From: Sedimentisphaerales bacterium
GTDB lineage: Bacteria > Planctomycetota > Phycisphaerae > Sedimentisphaerales > SM23-30
NCBI GenBank assembly: GCA_963663965.2
Contig: CAXXFK010000001.1
Coordinates: 320,001 to 384,000, forward strand
Reading direction: 5' to 3'
Length of the DNA stretch: 64,000 nt
Shown piece after piece: positions 1-9,699 of this stretch (within the stretch, counting starts at the first letter, position 1; the number at the start of each line of letters is the position of its first letter). The position numbers and the translations under genes were made by a program. Below the pieces are notes generated by a model, which worked only from the letters and a program-made list of their open reading frames with translations, was not told where the DNA came from and made no database searches.

Positions 1-1
1 C

Positions 2-2002
2 ACCAACATTATCCATGCCTCCCGCAAACAGTTGTTTCTTGAACTCAGCCTTCAAACGCGCTACATCGCCCGGTTTGACAGTCACCGTTCGATAGCCATC
101 GCACGCAAATACCAACGTTATCTCTTTCTGCCTTACCAGCGGCTCCAGACCCGTTATCATTTCATTAACAAACGCTCCCATCCGTTTTGAACCGTCAACA
201 ACAACCACAACTGTCCCATCAAAATTCTCCACCCGACTCTCCATTCGCTGTTCAATAATTGTTTCGCGCCCACCAATCTGCTTATCGCACCAGACCCGCT
301 CCACCGTTGCGTCCCGCGTTGCCTCCAGAATTCCACTGGCAGACTGGATCTCACTGTCACTCAATGTCCCCCGGATCGCAAACCGGTTTTTATCCGCCCC
401 GGCCAGCCGCAATCCACCCTGGGGTTCGATAAACTCACCGCTCGATTCCAGCCAGATCTCATGCTTCAGAATCTCGTTCACGGCAAAATTCCGTTCATTA
501 AACACCGGCAGATACAATCGCGCCCGTTCCCGGCCGGCCAGTTCCAGCGGAAACGTAATCCCGATCCGCACCTTCATCTCACCACCCTGTCTCGGCACCG
601 GAAAACATTGCATCATCACCTGATCCGGCCCGCTGGTCGTCACCAGCACCGGGTCGCGTCGCCGCTCCACTACGCTCTTATAAGCGGCCTTGGTTTTGGA
701 ACGACCATCGAACGCCGCTTCCCGTTCCTCTCCGTCGATCCATAATGTCAACCGCGACACCACCCCGCCCGGCGGCAATTCAATCTGGGCTCGCGCCTCA
801 TGATCCCGGTAAAAATCGTTCCGAAACACCATCGTCCATTCCAGATACCCCAATGCCCCGTCCGGCTCGATAAAACCATCCATCCGCGAACCCTTTAAGC
901 TCAAACCTTTCATACAAGCCCCCACCTGATCGCCGCCCTGCTCAAAATCAAACGCATCCCACATCCATGTCCGCCGGGCTCTCAAAAAAGTGGCGCCGGT
1001 TGATGGCCGATGAGAGTTGAACATCTCGCCGGTCACCCGATAATAGATCGTTCGCGAAGTCTCCGGACTGATATTCAGGTCGGATAATAAAAATGAATAG
1101 TAACTTCCCCAGCTTATGTCGTCGATATAACACGCGTCCAGCAGAATCTTGCGGTTGCCCAACGCCCGTAGTAACCCCAGACCTTCCGGTTTGTCCTGAT
1201 CGATCGTCTCGGTAACCCGATACATACCGTAATAAGTCACCAGCGTTGGTAGTTCCACCAATCCAAATACACCAAAACCTGCCAACACCCCAATCCATAA
1301 AGCAGGATAGTTCGATACGCCCTGAAGCCGGGTGATCGCTTTCAAATAGACCCGGCAAAGCGAAAGCGCCCATAAGGCCAGCATTGGAGCAAACGCGCAC
1401 AGTCCAATTAAAACAAGCAGTCCGAACATTCCAGCCGGTAAAATGGGAAGGAACATCACACTGTAAATAATCCCGAAACCCAACGCGACACCATTAAATA
1501 ACAGCAGCCATCTCAACCAGTTCGCTTTAGTCTCCAGGCCGGCGCCCCGACTCACAATCACACTAAATGGAATAAACAGAAATATTCCCACATGCCAGAT
1601 CGAAGGCAATGGATCATAAAAACATCCTGCGCAAAGCCCCGTTAATAGTTCCACGCCCACCGCCATCACCGGTAAGATAATCCCGCAGAAAAAGGTCCAG
1701 AATCCCGGCCGTTTGATCTCTGACCGGTCAATTTCACGGATTAGCGCCTGCAATATCTCCTTGGAGTCCAGTGCTCCCTGTCCTCCGGCCATCTCCTCCG
1801 GCAATCCGATCCGGTCTAATGCCCGGTACATATCCTTAGCCTCCACACATCGCCATCCCAATTCCTTAAATTCTTCCTCCAGATGGTTGCGGATATCGTT
1901 CAATGCCTCATCGATCTCATGATCGGGCATGTCCAGCTTTTCCCGGACTTTTAGACAATAGGATTCCCAGACTTTTTGAGCTTGTGGTGACCACTCCGTC
2001 AT
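2..2002 (-). CDS. Membrane protein with N-terminal HAAS-like helical domain, TM region, VIT and VWA domains (3'-truncated by the window edge; absent from the ORF track)
   Basis: Manual translation from ATG at 2002 (ATGA overlap with the PadR stop): MTEWSPQAQKVWESYCLKVREKL...DIRNHLEEEF, then several hydrophobic helices, VIT-like LEWTMVFRN..HEARAQIELPPGGVVSRLTLWIDGEEREAAF..RDPVLVT, then VWA-like VVVVVDGSKRM. Frame stays open to the window start. Confidence 0.8.
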   Translation of the reverse strand, partial: MTEWSPQAQKVWESYCLKVREKLDMPDHEIDEALNDIRNHLEEEFKELGWRCVEAKDMYRALDRIGLPEEMAGGQGALDSKEILQALIREIDRSEIKRPGFWTFFCGIILPVMAVGVELLTGLCAGCFYDPLPSIWHVGIFLFIPFSVIVSRGAGLETKANWLRWLLLFNGVALGFGIIYSVMFLPILPAGMFGLLVLIGLCAFAPMLALWALSLCRVYLKAITRLQGVSNYPALWIGVLAGFGVFGLVELPTLVTYYGMYRVTETIDQDKPEGLGLLRALGNRKILLDACYIDDISWGSYYSFLLSDLNISPETSRTIYYRVTGEMFNSHRPSTGATFLRARRTWMWDAFDFEQGGDQVGACMKGLSLKGSRMDGFIEPDGALGYLEWTMVFRNDFYRDHEARAQIELPPGGVVSRLTLWIDGEEREAAFDGRSKTKAAYKSVVERRRDPVLVTTSGPDQVMMQCFPVPRQGGEMKVRIGITFPLELAGRERARLYLPVFNERNFAVNEILKHEIWLESSGEFIEPQGGLRLAGADKNRFAIRGTLSDSEIQSASGILEATRDATVERVWCDKQIGGRETIIEQRMESRVENFDGTVVVVVDGSKRMGAFVNEMITGLEPLVRQKEITLVFACDGYRTVTVKPGDVARLKAEFKKQLFAGGMDNVG

Positions 2003-2346
2003 GCGTCTTCCTTTCCGCTGCGCAAAGCCTTTACCCCACGCAGCACAGACTCAAGATGTGTTTCCATCAAATTCAAGGTATTACGACCTTTGGTTGTTAA
2101 CCGATAATACTTGCGTACCGGCCCTTCCGGCGACTCATCCAACCTCGACTCCAACAGTCCCTGACTTCGCAATCGCGATAGCAGCGGGTACAAAGTCCCC
2201 TCAGTCACCCCCAATCCCGGGATGTTCACCAGCCGCTTCACCAGGTTATAAGCATAATGCTCCTGTCCGGCCAGCGCCGTCAGAACCGCCAGTTCCAGAA
2301 TCCCCTTTCGCAACTGGACAGACCAATTGTCAATTAACTCTGACAT
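1999..2346 (-). CDS. PadR-family transcriptional regulator
   Basis: QLRKGILELAVL...YAYNLVKRL...EGTLYPLLSRL...GPVRKYYRLTTKG is a typical PadR winged HTH; 115 aa. Confidence 0.93.
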   Translation of the reverse strand: MSELIDNWSVQLRKGILELAVLTALAGQEHYAYNLVKRLVNIPGLGVTEGTLYPLLSRLRSQGLLESRLDESPEGPVRKYYRLTTKGRNTLNLMETHLESVLRGVKALRSGKEDA

Positions 2347-2350
2347 ATAC

Positions 2351-2410
2351 TACCTTGTTATACATAGTACCTTGTTAAAGATAGTATATCATCAGATCGG
2401 CAAAAGTCAA
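2351..2410 (-). promoter_or_regulatory. Sigma70-like promoter of padR with tandem 17-bp operator-like repeats
   Basis: Minus strand TTGACT (2410-2405)-N16-TATACT (2388-2383). Direct repeat TACCTTGTTA(TAC/AAG)ATAG at 2351-2367 and 2368-2384 lies between the -10 box and the ATG. Confidence 0.6.
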
Positions 2411-2599
2411 CTGTGTCTGACTGAACACTTGGATAATATAACACTCAATCCCTGGGTATCATTTCCCAGCCAATTAGTCGTTAAGACCCATGAATACTTC
2501 CTGCTGGCTAGATTCTTAATGCCTTATTTAACAATTACTTATATTTTATTTAGCCGCTAACTTACTTCATCACCTAACTGACTTTCATGTTATTTTTAA

Positions 2600-2760
2600 G
2601 GGTACCTCTAATAATTGCTTTAGAGGCGAAAGCGAGGATGATTTTTCTCTGGCAAGGAACAAAGAACCGGGCATATTTGACAATATTCACGGTTTTTTGT
2701 GACGCGGTCCAGAGAAAAATCAGACCGCTTGCAGCCCTGAATGAATTTTTAGAGGTTCCC
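2600..2760. mobile_element. MITE-like fold-back element (161 bp) with TAA target-site duplication
   Basis: Left end GGGTACCTCTAATAATT versus reverse complement of the right end GGGAACCTCTAAAAATT. Internal arms also pair (TGATTTTTCTCTGG/CCAGAGAAAAATCA). TAA flanks both sides (2597-2599, 2761-2763). No ORF. Confidence 0.7.
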
Positions 2761-3037
2761 TAAAATCTTAACCAAAATTAGCTGACTTTTTCGATAACTT
2801 CGTTACAATATTATGCTTTATTGAATGATGGATTTTTATGGAATAACTGTTCTTTTCTAACAGTAATGACCGATAACAATGATGTGAAAACCCACGGATG
2901 GCATTATTAAATCGCTTCTAAAAAAGATTTAAACATTTAAAACCGCAACAGTTAACTCGGTTTCGATTCCAGGGTCTTCGGTATCAGTCAATCTGGTTAT
3001 AATTTACTGTCAAAATAAAGAACAGAAAGAGTGTGCC

Positions 3038-4507
3038 ATGCAGCCAACTGGATCAAAACATAACATACTGCAAAAAAAACAGTTAGAGACTGTTGTTCCA
3101 TTAGTTCACCCCAAGAAAGTCTCTACCGGCAAAAGCTATTACTTCGTCGGCATTGGCGGTTGCGGCATGAGCGGTCTGGCACAAGTCCTCCAACAGCAGG
3201 GTCACCATGTCTGCGGGAGTGATCTGGAAAGTTCTGAAGTGATTCAAAAACTTGGCCGGCGTGGAATTGCCGTAAATATCGGTCACAATCCCCAGGCCAT
3301 CCCAGATCATATCGATTGTATGGTCATTTCCGCCGCAGTGAAAGATACCAATCCTGAAGTCACCTGGGCTCATTTGAATAATGTCCCGGTTCTCAAATAC
3401 GCCCAGATGCTGGGCCAGATCACAAAAACCCTGGACACCATAACAATAGCGGGTACCCATGGAAAAAGTACGACCAGCGGATGGACCGCTTATACGCTTA
3501 AAGAGGCAGGCCTCGACCCAAGTTTTGTTATTGGGGCTGAAGTGGATCAACTGGGTAGCGGTAGTGGTGCAGGAACAGGCCGGCATCTGGTCGTTGAAGC
3601 CTGCGAATATGACCGATCCTTTCTCAATTTTCATCCCAAATACAATGCGATCCTGAATATTGAAGCCGACCATCTCGACTATTACCGGGATATTGACGAA
3701 ATAATCGAAGCATTCAGTCAACTCATGATCCAGGTATGCCCAGACGGACGCCAGATTATCAACGGCGAAGATGCCAATTCCATGCTTGCACTGGAGATCC
3801 TAAGAGAAAGTAAGTTTGAATGTCCCATAGAAACTTTTGGTCTTACCAGCGCCTGCGACTGGCATGCCGCCAACATCCAATGGAATCTGGGACGAGCCTC
3901 CTATGATTTAATGTATCATAATCAACGACTCGGCCGGGTCAACTTGTCGCTCTCCGGCCGTCATAATATTTATAACAGCCTTGCTGTGGCGGCACTCTGT
4001 CATGCAGTGGGTCTTGACTTCAATCAGATTCGTGCCGGACTCGAAAATTTTGTTGGCGTGGGGCGGCGCATGAGCTATAAAGGGAAAATCGCCGGCGTGA
4101 CCGTATTGGATGATTACGGACATCATCCCACCGAAATAAAAGCCACGTTGCAGGCGATTCGAGACTCTTACCAGCCTCGCAGACTCTGGTGTGTCTTCCA
4201 GCCGCATCAGCACAGTCGTACACGTTTTTTCCTCGACGATTTCGCCGCCAGTTTCGAAGTCGCCGATGTTGTCCTGTTGCCGGATATTTATTTTGTACGC
4301 GACAGCGAAGCGCTCAAGCGCCAGGTCAACGCTCAACAACTGGCCGACAAGATCCGGATTCATGGCAAAGAGGCCCGCTATCTGGGAGCTTTCCCGGCCA
4401 TTGTCGATTGTCTATGCAATAGTGTTCTCGATGGTGATGTTATAGTTACCATGGGAGCTGGAAATGTATGGGAAGTAGCTGATGAATTTATTCGAAGATT
4501 TAAGTGA
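3038..4507 (+). CDS. murC: UDP-N-acetylmuramate--L-alanine ligase
   Basis: FVGIGGCGMSGLA, IAGTHGKSTT, VEACEYDRSFL, DDYGHHPTEI and VFQPH motifs. Start may be slightly downstream. Confidence 0.95.
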   Translation: MQPTGSKHNILQKKQLETVVPLVHPKKVSTGKSYYFVGIGGCGMSGLAQVLQQQGHHVCGSDLESSEVIQKLGRRGIAVNIGHNPQAIPDHIDCMVISAAVKDTNPEVTWAHLNNVPVLKYAQMLGQITKTLDTITIAGTHGKSTTSGWTAYTLKEAGLDPSFVIGAEVDQLGSGSGAGTGRHLVVEACEYDRSFLNFHPKYNAILNIEADHLDYYRDIDEIIEAFSQLMIQVCPDGRQIINGEDANSMLALEILRESKFECPIETFGLTSACDWHAANIQWNLGRASYDLMYHNQRLGRVNLSLSGRHNIYNSLAVAALCHAVGLDFNQIRAGLENFVGVGRRMSYKGKIAGVTVLDDYGHHPTEIKATLQAIRDSYQPRRLWCVFQPHQHSRTRFFLDDFAASFEVADVVLLPDIYFVRDSEALKRQVNAQQLADKIRIHGKEARYLGAFPAIVDCLCNSVLDGDVIVTMGAGNVWEVADEFIRRFK

Positions 4508-5363
4508 AATTGTCAAAGAAAACGAACCACTGGCGCCTTATACCTGGTTTAAGTTGGGCGGACCGGCTCGTTATTTTATTGAACCCCGCGATCAGGACGA
4601 ACTGGTTGAAATCACCAGGCGTTGTCACGATAATAATATTCAGATTTATGTGCTGGGGCGCGGTTCAAATTTACTGGTCGGTGACAATGGCGTCTCTGGA
4701 GCAGTGGTGCGCTTATCCCATCCCAGTTTCGCCAAAGTTACTATCGATGATACCGTCGTTCGAGCCGGCGCCGGCGCCAGCCTGAGCGGACTGATCCGCC
4801 AGTGTGCCCGCCACGGCCTGAGTGGCGCCGAATGCCTCGCCGGTATTCCCGGCACGGTTGGCGGCGCTATTCGTATCAATGCGGGCGGGCGGTTTGGCGA
4901 TATTGGTAATATTACCCAGTCTGTTAAACTCATGGATAGCAGCAGCTATCGGTTTGAACGCAAACGGGATGACATCTATTTTGGCTATCGCATGACTAAT
5001 ATCATGGCCCGCTTCATTCTGGAAGCCGAATTCCTGCTTACCCCCGACGAACCGGAAAACATCGCGCGGCTGCTCAAAGAGGTCTGGATGCTCAAAAAAA
5101 GCTCTCAGCCCATGAACAGCCGTAACGCGGGCTGCGTCTTCAAAAATCCTCGCGCCATGTCCGCCGGCGCCCTGATTGATAAGGCGGGCTTAAAAGGCGC
5201 CCAGATCGGCGGCGCGCGGGTCAGTGAACGCCATGCCAATTTTATCATGGCCGAAGATAACGCCACGGCCTCAGACGTTTTAGCGCTGATCGACAAGATC
5301 AAAGATGCCGTCCAGGCCCGTTTCGATGTTGAAATCGAACTGGAAATTGATATCTGGCAATAA
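4482..5363 (+). CDS. murB: UDP-N-acetylenolpyruvoylglucosamine reductase
   Basis: LAPYTWFKLGGPA, LGRGSNLLV, GIPGTVGGA, NAGCVFKNP and VSERHANF motifs. Confidence 0.95.
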   Translation: MNLFEDLSEIVKENEPLAPYTWFKLGGPARYFIEPRDQDELVEITRRCHDNNIQIYVLGRGSNLLVGDNGVSGAVVRLSHPSFAKVTIDDTVVRAGAGASLSGLIRQCARHGLSGAECLAGIPGTVGGAIRINAGGRFGDIGNITQSVKLMDSSSYRFERKRDDIYFGYRMTNIMARFILEAEFLLTPDEPENIARLLKEVWMLKKSSQPMNSRNAGCVFKNPRAMSAGALIDKAGLKGAQIGGARVSERHANFIMAEDNATASDVLALIDKIKDAVQARFDVEIELEIDIWQ

Positions 5364-5441
5364 CGAATCCAGACAGGTTCATGACAATACAGAAGGCAGG
5401 TTATTCCCAACCTGCCTTCATTCATCTGATCATGGTTGTGG

Positions 5442-6389
5442 ATGATGGCACATAAAACTTTACAATCGATTCTGGTGCTTGCCGGAGGCCCCGGTAGCGA
5501 ACGTGAGGTCAGCTTGAATAGCGGCCGGGCTATTTTACAAGCTCTTCAAGATGCGGGTTATCGGGTCCAGATGGCCGACGCTACTCCAACGAACCTTACA
5601 GCTTTAAATAAAGTAGATTACGATTTGATCTTCCCGATTATCCATGGGACTTTTGGCGAAGATGGCCAGTTACAAACCATTCTGGAACAGCGTAAAATAC
5701 CATATGTAGGCAGCGGCCCTCAAGCCAGCCTGTTGGCTATGAACAAACAGGCCACTCGTCAGGCCATTGCGAAATGCGATGTACCGATTGCCCAGGGTAT
5801 TTTAATTCTATCAGGAACTCAGCCGGCCGAAATCCACAAGGTAATTGATAACCTTATTCACCATTCAGGATTACCTCTCGTTATTAAGCCCAATTGCGAA
5901 GGCAGTAGTGTTGGTGTTACGATTGCCGCTGATAAAACTCAAGCCTGTAACGCTGCCATTGAGGTAGTCTCTCGTTTCGGCGATTGCCTTATTGAACAAT
6001 TTGTAACCGGCCGGGAACTGACCGCCGGGATTCTGGTCGATACCGCATTACCTTTAGTGGAAATCAAGGCGGCCCAGGGCTTTTATGATTATGAAGCGAA
6101 ATATCTCAAAAATGATACGACTTATCTGGTAGAACCAGAATGCCCAACCGAGGTGGCTCAGGCTATTCAATCCTCCGCACTGAAAATTTTTCAGGCCATC
6201 GGCTGTCGTGATCTGGCCCGTATCGACTTTATCTTAAGGCCCGATAATACTTTTATTGCACTGGAAGTTAACACTCTTCCCGGTTTTACCGATCATTCCC
6301 TGGTTCCTAAAGCCGCGGCTCACCTGGGTTGGTCCATGGCCCAAATCTGCGATAAGATTGTACAAAATGCCTGGAACCGGTCGATGTAA
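5442..6389 (+). CDS. ddl: D-alanine--D-alanine ligase
   Basis: GGPGSEREVSLNSG, HGTFGEDG, KPNCEGSSVG, FYDYEAKY and EVNTLPGFT motifs. Confidence 0.95.
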   Translation: MMAHKTLQSILVLAGGPGSEREVSLNSGRAILQALQDAGYRVQMADATPTNLTALNKVDYDLIFPIIHGTFGEDGQLQTILEQRKIPYVGSGPQASLLAMNKQATRQAIAKCDVPIAQGILILSGTQPAEIHKVIDNLIHHSGLPLVIKPNCEGSSVGVTIAADKTQACNAAIEVVSRFGDCLIEQFVTGRELTAGILVDTALPLVEIKAAQGFYDYEAKYLKNDTTYLVEPECPTEVAQAIQSSALKIFQAIGCRDLARIDFILRPDNTFIALEVNTLPGFTDHSLVPKAAAHLGWSMAQICDKIVQNAWNRSM

Positions 6390-6452
6390 GATGGGTATCG
6401 ACTATCGATTTTGACTAATAAACAAAGCCCGAAAAAAATATAAAACGAGATA

Positions 6453-7427
6453 ATGGCGAAAAAAACGAGAAGAAAACCCAAAAAACAACATAAATTCGAT
6501 CTGAAAGCCATGTTCGCTGGTTTATTTTCCAGAGAAAAGCTCGGACTTTACCTTTTCCTTGGCAAACTGACAATCATCATTGTCGTTGCGTTTGGAACAA
6601 TCTGGGGCTTCCAGTTCATGGAAAAATATGTGAATCAGATCGCTCATGAACGCCAGGTCGAACTTGAAGTTGTTTTGAAAGATCGTCATGAACGGTGGGA
6701 ATGGGCCAGTAATGAACTGGTCCGCGATATTTTATTAGCCGCAGATGTAAAAAGTGATGACTTCTTGCTCGATAAAGATCTGGTCCATAAATGGACCATC
6801 AATTTACAAAATCATTCATGGATCGAAAGAGTAAACTCCGTCCAGAAGCGCTATGATGGCAAAGTCATTGTCGATTGTGATTTGCGTCGGCCGATTGCTA
6901 AAATCAAACAGGATTCGAAAGTCTATTATGTGGATGCCGAAGGTCACATCATGGCGCCGGTTTTGGGTGACCTTGACGGGCGCAGTATGCAGGTGAATCC
7001 AGTATACGACCATCTGGTCGAAATTCGAGGTGGGATGAAAAAACTGCCTGCCCCCGGAACCAGCCTGGTCGCCGACGATGTGAAAGCCGGTCTGGACATT
7101 ATTTCGATGATCCGTATGGTCGACTCTCATCAAACCGACCGGAATCTGCGCGTACTGAAAGAACTCGCCGTTTGCGATGTCAGTAATTTTAAAGACCGTA
7201 AAGACCGCTCCCAGCCACGCATTACTTTTTATACGCAACGTAATACTGAAATTCGCTGGGGCGCGGAAGTCGGCAATGAAATTTCTGAATTTGAACCGCC
7301 GGCCGAAACCAAACTCTCCCGACTCTACCTGACCTATAGTAAATACCAGACTCTCGATACCTTCATGCACGTTGAATTGCGCAACCATCGCAATGACAAA
7401 AGCGATCCTCTACGAGATCAGGGGTAA
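6453..7427 (+). CDS. ftsQ: FtsQ/DivIB-like bitopic membrane protein
   Basis: Basic N-terminus, one TM helix, POTRA-like WIERVNSVQKRYDGKVIVDCDLRRPIA..YYVDAEG. Lies directly after ddl, the canonical dcw position. Confidence 0.65.
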   Translation: MAKKTRRKPKKQHKFDLKAMFAGLFSREKLGLYLFLGKLTIIIVVAFGTIWGFQFMEKYVNQIAHERQVELEVVLKDRHERWEWASNELVRDILLAADVKSDDFLLDKDLVHKWTINLQNHSWIERVNSVQKRYDGKVIVDCDLRRPIAKIKQDSKVYYVDAEGHIMAPVLGDLDGRSMQVNPVYDHLVEIRGGMKKLPAPGTSLVADDVKAGLDIISMIRMVDSHQTDRNLRVLKELAVCDVSNFKDRKDRSQPRITFYTQRNTEIRWGAEVGNEISEFEPPAETKLSRLYLTYSKYQTLDTFMHVELRNHRNDKSDPLRDQG

Positions 7428-8194
7428 TGGCTGACTTTTCAGATAAAACGGTTATTGTCACAGGAGGAGGTCAGGGTATCGGACGGTGTATCGTCGAACG
7501 GTTCTACGCTGAAGGAGCCCATGTGATTCTGGCCGAGATCGATCCCGGGCGAATCAATCGAGCCCATCTGGCAATCACACGATCACAACCCGGTCAACTG
7601 ACTTGTGTTCAGACCGATCTCTCCCAGGAACAATCGGTAGCAAATCTGATTCAACAGACCCTGGATCTTACCGGCCAGATCGATCATATCGTCCACAGTG
7701 CCGCCATCGCCTGCAATGTTCCCGTTGAACAATTATCCTGGAATGACTGGAAACAGGTGCTGGATGTTAACCTGTCCGGCGCCTATTTACTGGCGCATTT
7801 TGGCGCCCGATATTTGAGGCAACAAAATGGGACCATGGTGAATATTGCTTCGACCCGGGCGCTGATGTCGGAATCCGACACGGAAGCCTATAGTACGTCG
7901 AAAGCCGGATTGATAGGGCTCACCCATGCCCTGGCGATCAGTTTGAGCCCCGATGTCCGGGTCAACTGCATCAGTCCCGGTTGGATCGACACCCGCCATT
8001 ATCTGGATACTCCCGGAGATTATCCGTACTCAATCTCACCAGAAGATCACAGTCAGCACCCTGCCGGTCGGATCGGCTTGCCCATGGATGTCGCCGAAAT
8101 GGTCCTTTATCTCTCATCATCGCGGGCCGGCTTTATTACCGGCCAGAATATCGTGATTGATGGCGGCATGACGCGCAAGATGATTTATATTTGA
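7427..8194 (+). CDS. Short-chain dehydrogenase/reductase (SDR)
   Basis: TGGGQGIG, NIASTR, YSTSK (YxxxK) and VNCISPGWI motifs. TAATG overlap with the ftsQ stop. Confidence 0.92.
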   Translation: MADFSDKTVIVTGGGQGIGRCIVERFYAEGAHVILAEIDPGRINRAHLAITRSQPGQLTCVQTDLSQEQSVANLIQQTLDLTGQIDHIVHSAAIACNVPVEQLSWNDWKQVLDVNLSGAYLLAHFGARYLRQQNGTMVNIASTRALMSESDTEAYSTSKAGLIGLTHALAISLSPDVRVNCISPGWIDTRHYLDTPGDYPYSISPEDHSQHPAGRIGLPMDVAEMVLYLSSSRAGFITGQNIVIDGGMTRKMIYI

Positions 8195-8234
8195 TAGCTC
8201 TGAATAGAGCTTCACTTTTCTGCTAAACGGTCCA

Positions 8235-9662
8235 TTACCCTCGCTTTAATGGCGGCATGGAAGGGGCATCCGACACTGGCAGATAACTACGTAATTTCGC
8301 CATCACCCAGCCATAATCTTTTTTCCCGGCCAGATTAGTCCATTCATTCGGATCTTTCTCCCGATCATAAAGTTCTTCCCCGCCATCCTGATAGCGAATA
8401 TAACGCCATTCCTTCCCGCGCAGTGAATGATTTTTGAATCCATGCGTGGTTAAACTCGGAAACTCACGTTTGACCGTCACATCTTTAAGCTGGGGCAATA
8501 ATGATACCCCCTCCAATTGCGTTGGACTTTCCAATCCGCAAAGTTCCACCAGGGTGGGATAAATATCGATCAGATTCACCGGTTCATCACAACGCTGGTT
8601 AGGCCGGGTAACTCCCGGCGCTACCCAGAGCATTACATTATGAGTCGCCTCTTCCCATAACGCGAACTTACGCCAGTGTAGCTTTTCTCCCAGGTGCCAG
8701 CCATGATCTGACCAGAGTACGATAATCCAGTTATCCTGATCAGTCCGTTTTTCCAGGGCAGCGATGACCCGCCCAAGCTGCTCATCCATAAAGTGAATTG
8801 AAGCCAGATATCCCTGCACCGCCTGGCGCCATTGATCGTGATCGATAACCGCTTTATGATCGCCATTAGGCCCGGCCATGCGCACTCCCGCTGCGGGGAC
8901 ATCGTCCAGATCATTTTCTTTGATCGTCGGCAAAATAATCTGATCCAGCGGAAACCGATCAAAATATTGCTGCGGAACATACCACGGCAGGTGTGGCCGA
9001 AAGAAACCGCACCCCAGGAACAATGGCTTGTCGTACTCTTTTTGCAGTTGTTCCATCACCCAACTGGCCACTTGATAGTCACCCATTTCCGAGGCTTCAT
9101 TTTCCAACGGTCCCCAATCAAAATGGGCTTTACCCAGACCATTCAGATTTTTCCTGGGCGGCAGTGGATCATTCGGTTTATCCTTAATGCCATCCGGCCA
9201 GTATTCATCCCAGCCTTGAGGATCATTGCACCCGCCATGATAAATCTTACCCGAAGCAATCGCGCGATACCCCTGATTACGAAAATGTTGCTGCAAACGA
9301 ACACAGTCATTCAACTTTGAATTTTTATGCCAGTCCTGTTCATTCAGATAATGCCCGGACGTTGAGGGCTTGATACCACTCATCAGGGCAATTCGAGATG
9401 GATTACAGGCCGGCGCGGCGCAATGTGCGCTGGTAAACAAAACCCCTTTGGCCGCCAGACGGTCCAGATTGGGCGTTTTGGTTTGAGGATGACCCCCCAG
9501 GCAACCAACCCAGTCGTTCAGATCATCTACCGCAATAAAAAGCACATTCGGCTTCTTCGGCTGTGCCGCCTCGGAAGAGGCTATCCAACGGGAAACAAAG
9601 AGGCCGGAAAAAATCCTTCCGGATGTTTTAATAAACGTCCTGCGATCCATGGACTGAGTCAT
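8235..9662 (-). CDS. Sulfatase (Cys-type, iduronate-2-sulfatase/choline-sulfatase-like), Tat signal
   Basis: DRRTFIK Tat motif, NVLFIAVDDL, CNPSR and SDHGWHLGEK. Start chosen at MTQSMD with a GGAG RBS. Confidence 0.9.
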   Translation of the reverse strand: MTQSMDRRTFIKTSGRIFSGLFVSRWIASSEAAQPKKPNVLFIAVDDLNDWVGCLGGHPQTKTPNLDRLAAKGVLFTSAHCAAPACNPSRIALMSGIKPSTSGHYLNEQDWHKNSKLNDCVRLQQHFRNQGYRAIASGKIYHGGCNDPQGWDEYWPDGIKDKPNDPLPPRKNLNGLGKAHFDWGPLENEASEMGDYQVASWVMEQLQKEYDKPLFLGCGFFRPHLPWYVPQQYFDRFPLDQIILPTIKENDLDDVPAAGVRMAGPNGDHKAVIDHDQWRQAVQGYLASIHFMDEQLGRVIAALEKRTDQDNWIIVLWSDHGWHLGEKLHWRKFALWEEATHNVMLWVAPGVTRPNQRCDEPVNLIDIYPTLVELCGLESPTQLEGVSLLPQLKDVTVKREFPSLTTHGFKNHSLRGKEWRYIRYQDGGEELYDREKDPNEWTNLAGKKDYGWVMAKLRSYLPVSDAPSMPPLKRG

Positions 9663-9699
9663 ATCTACTCCCAATATATCTAATAAATTACAAAATAAA

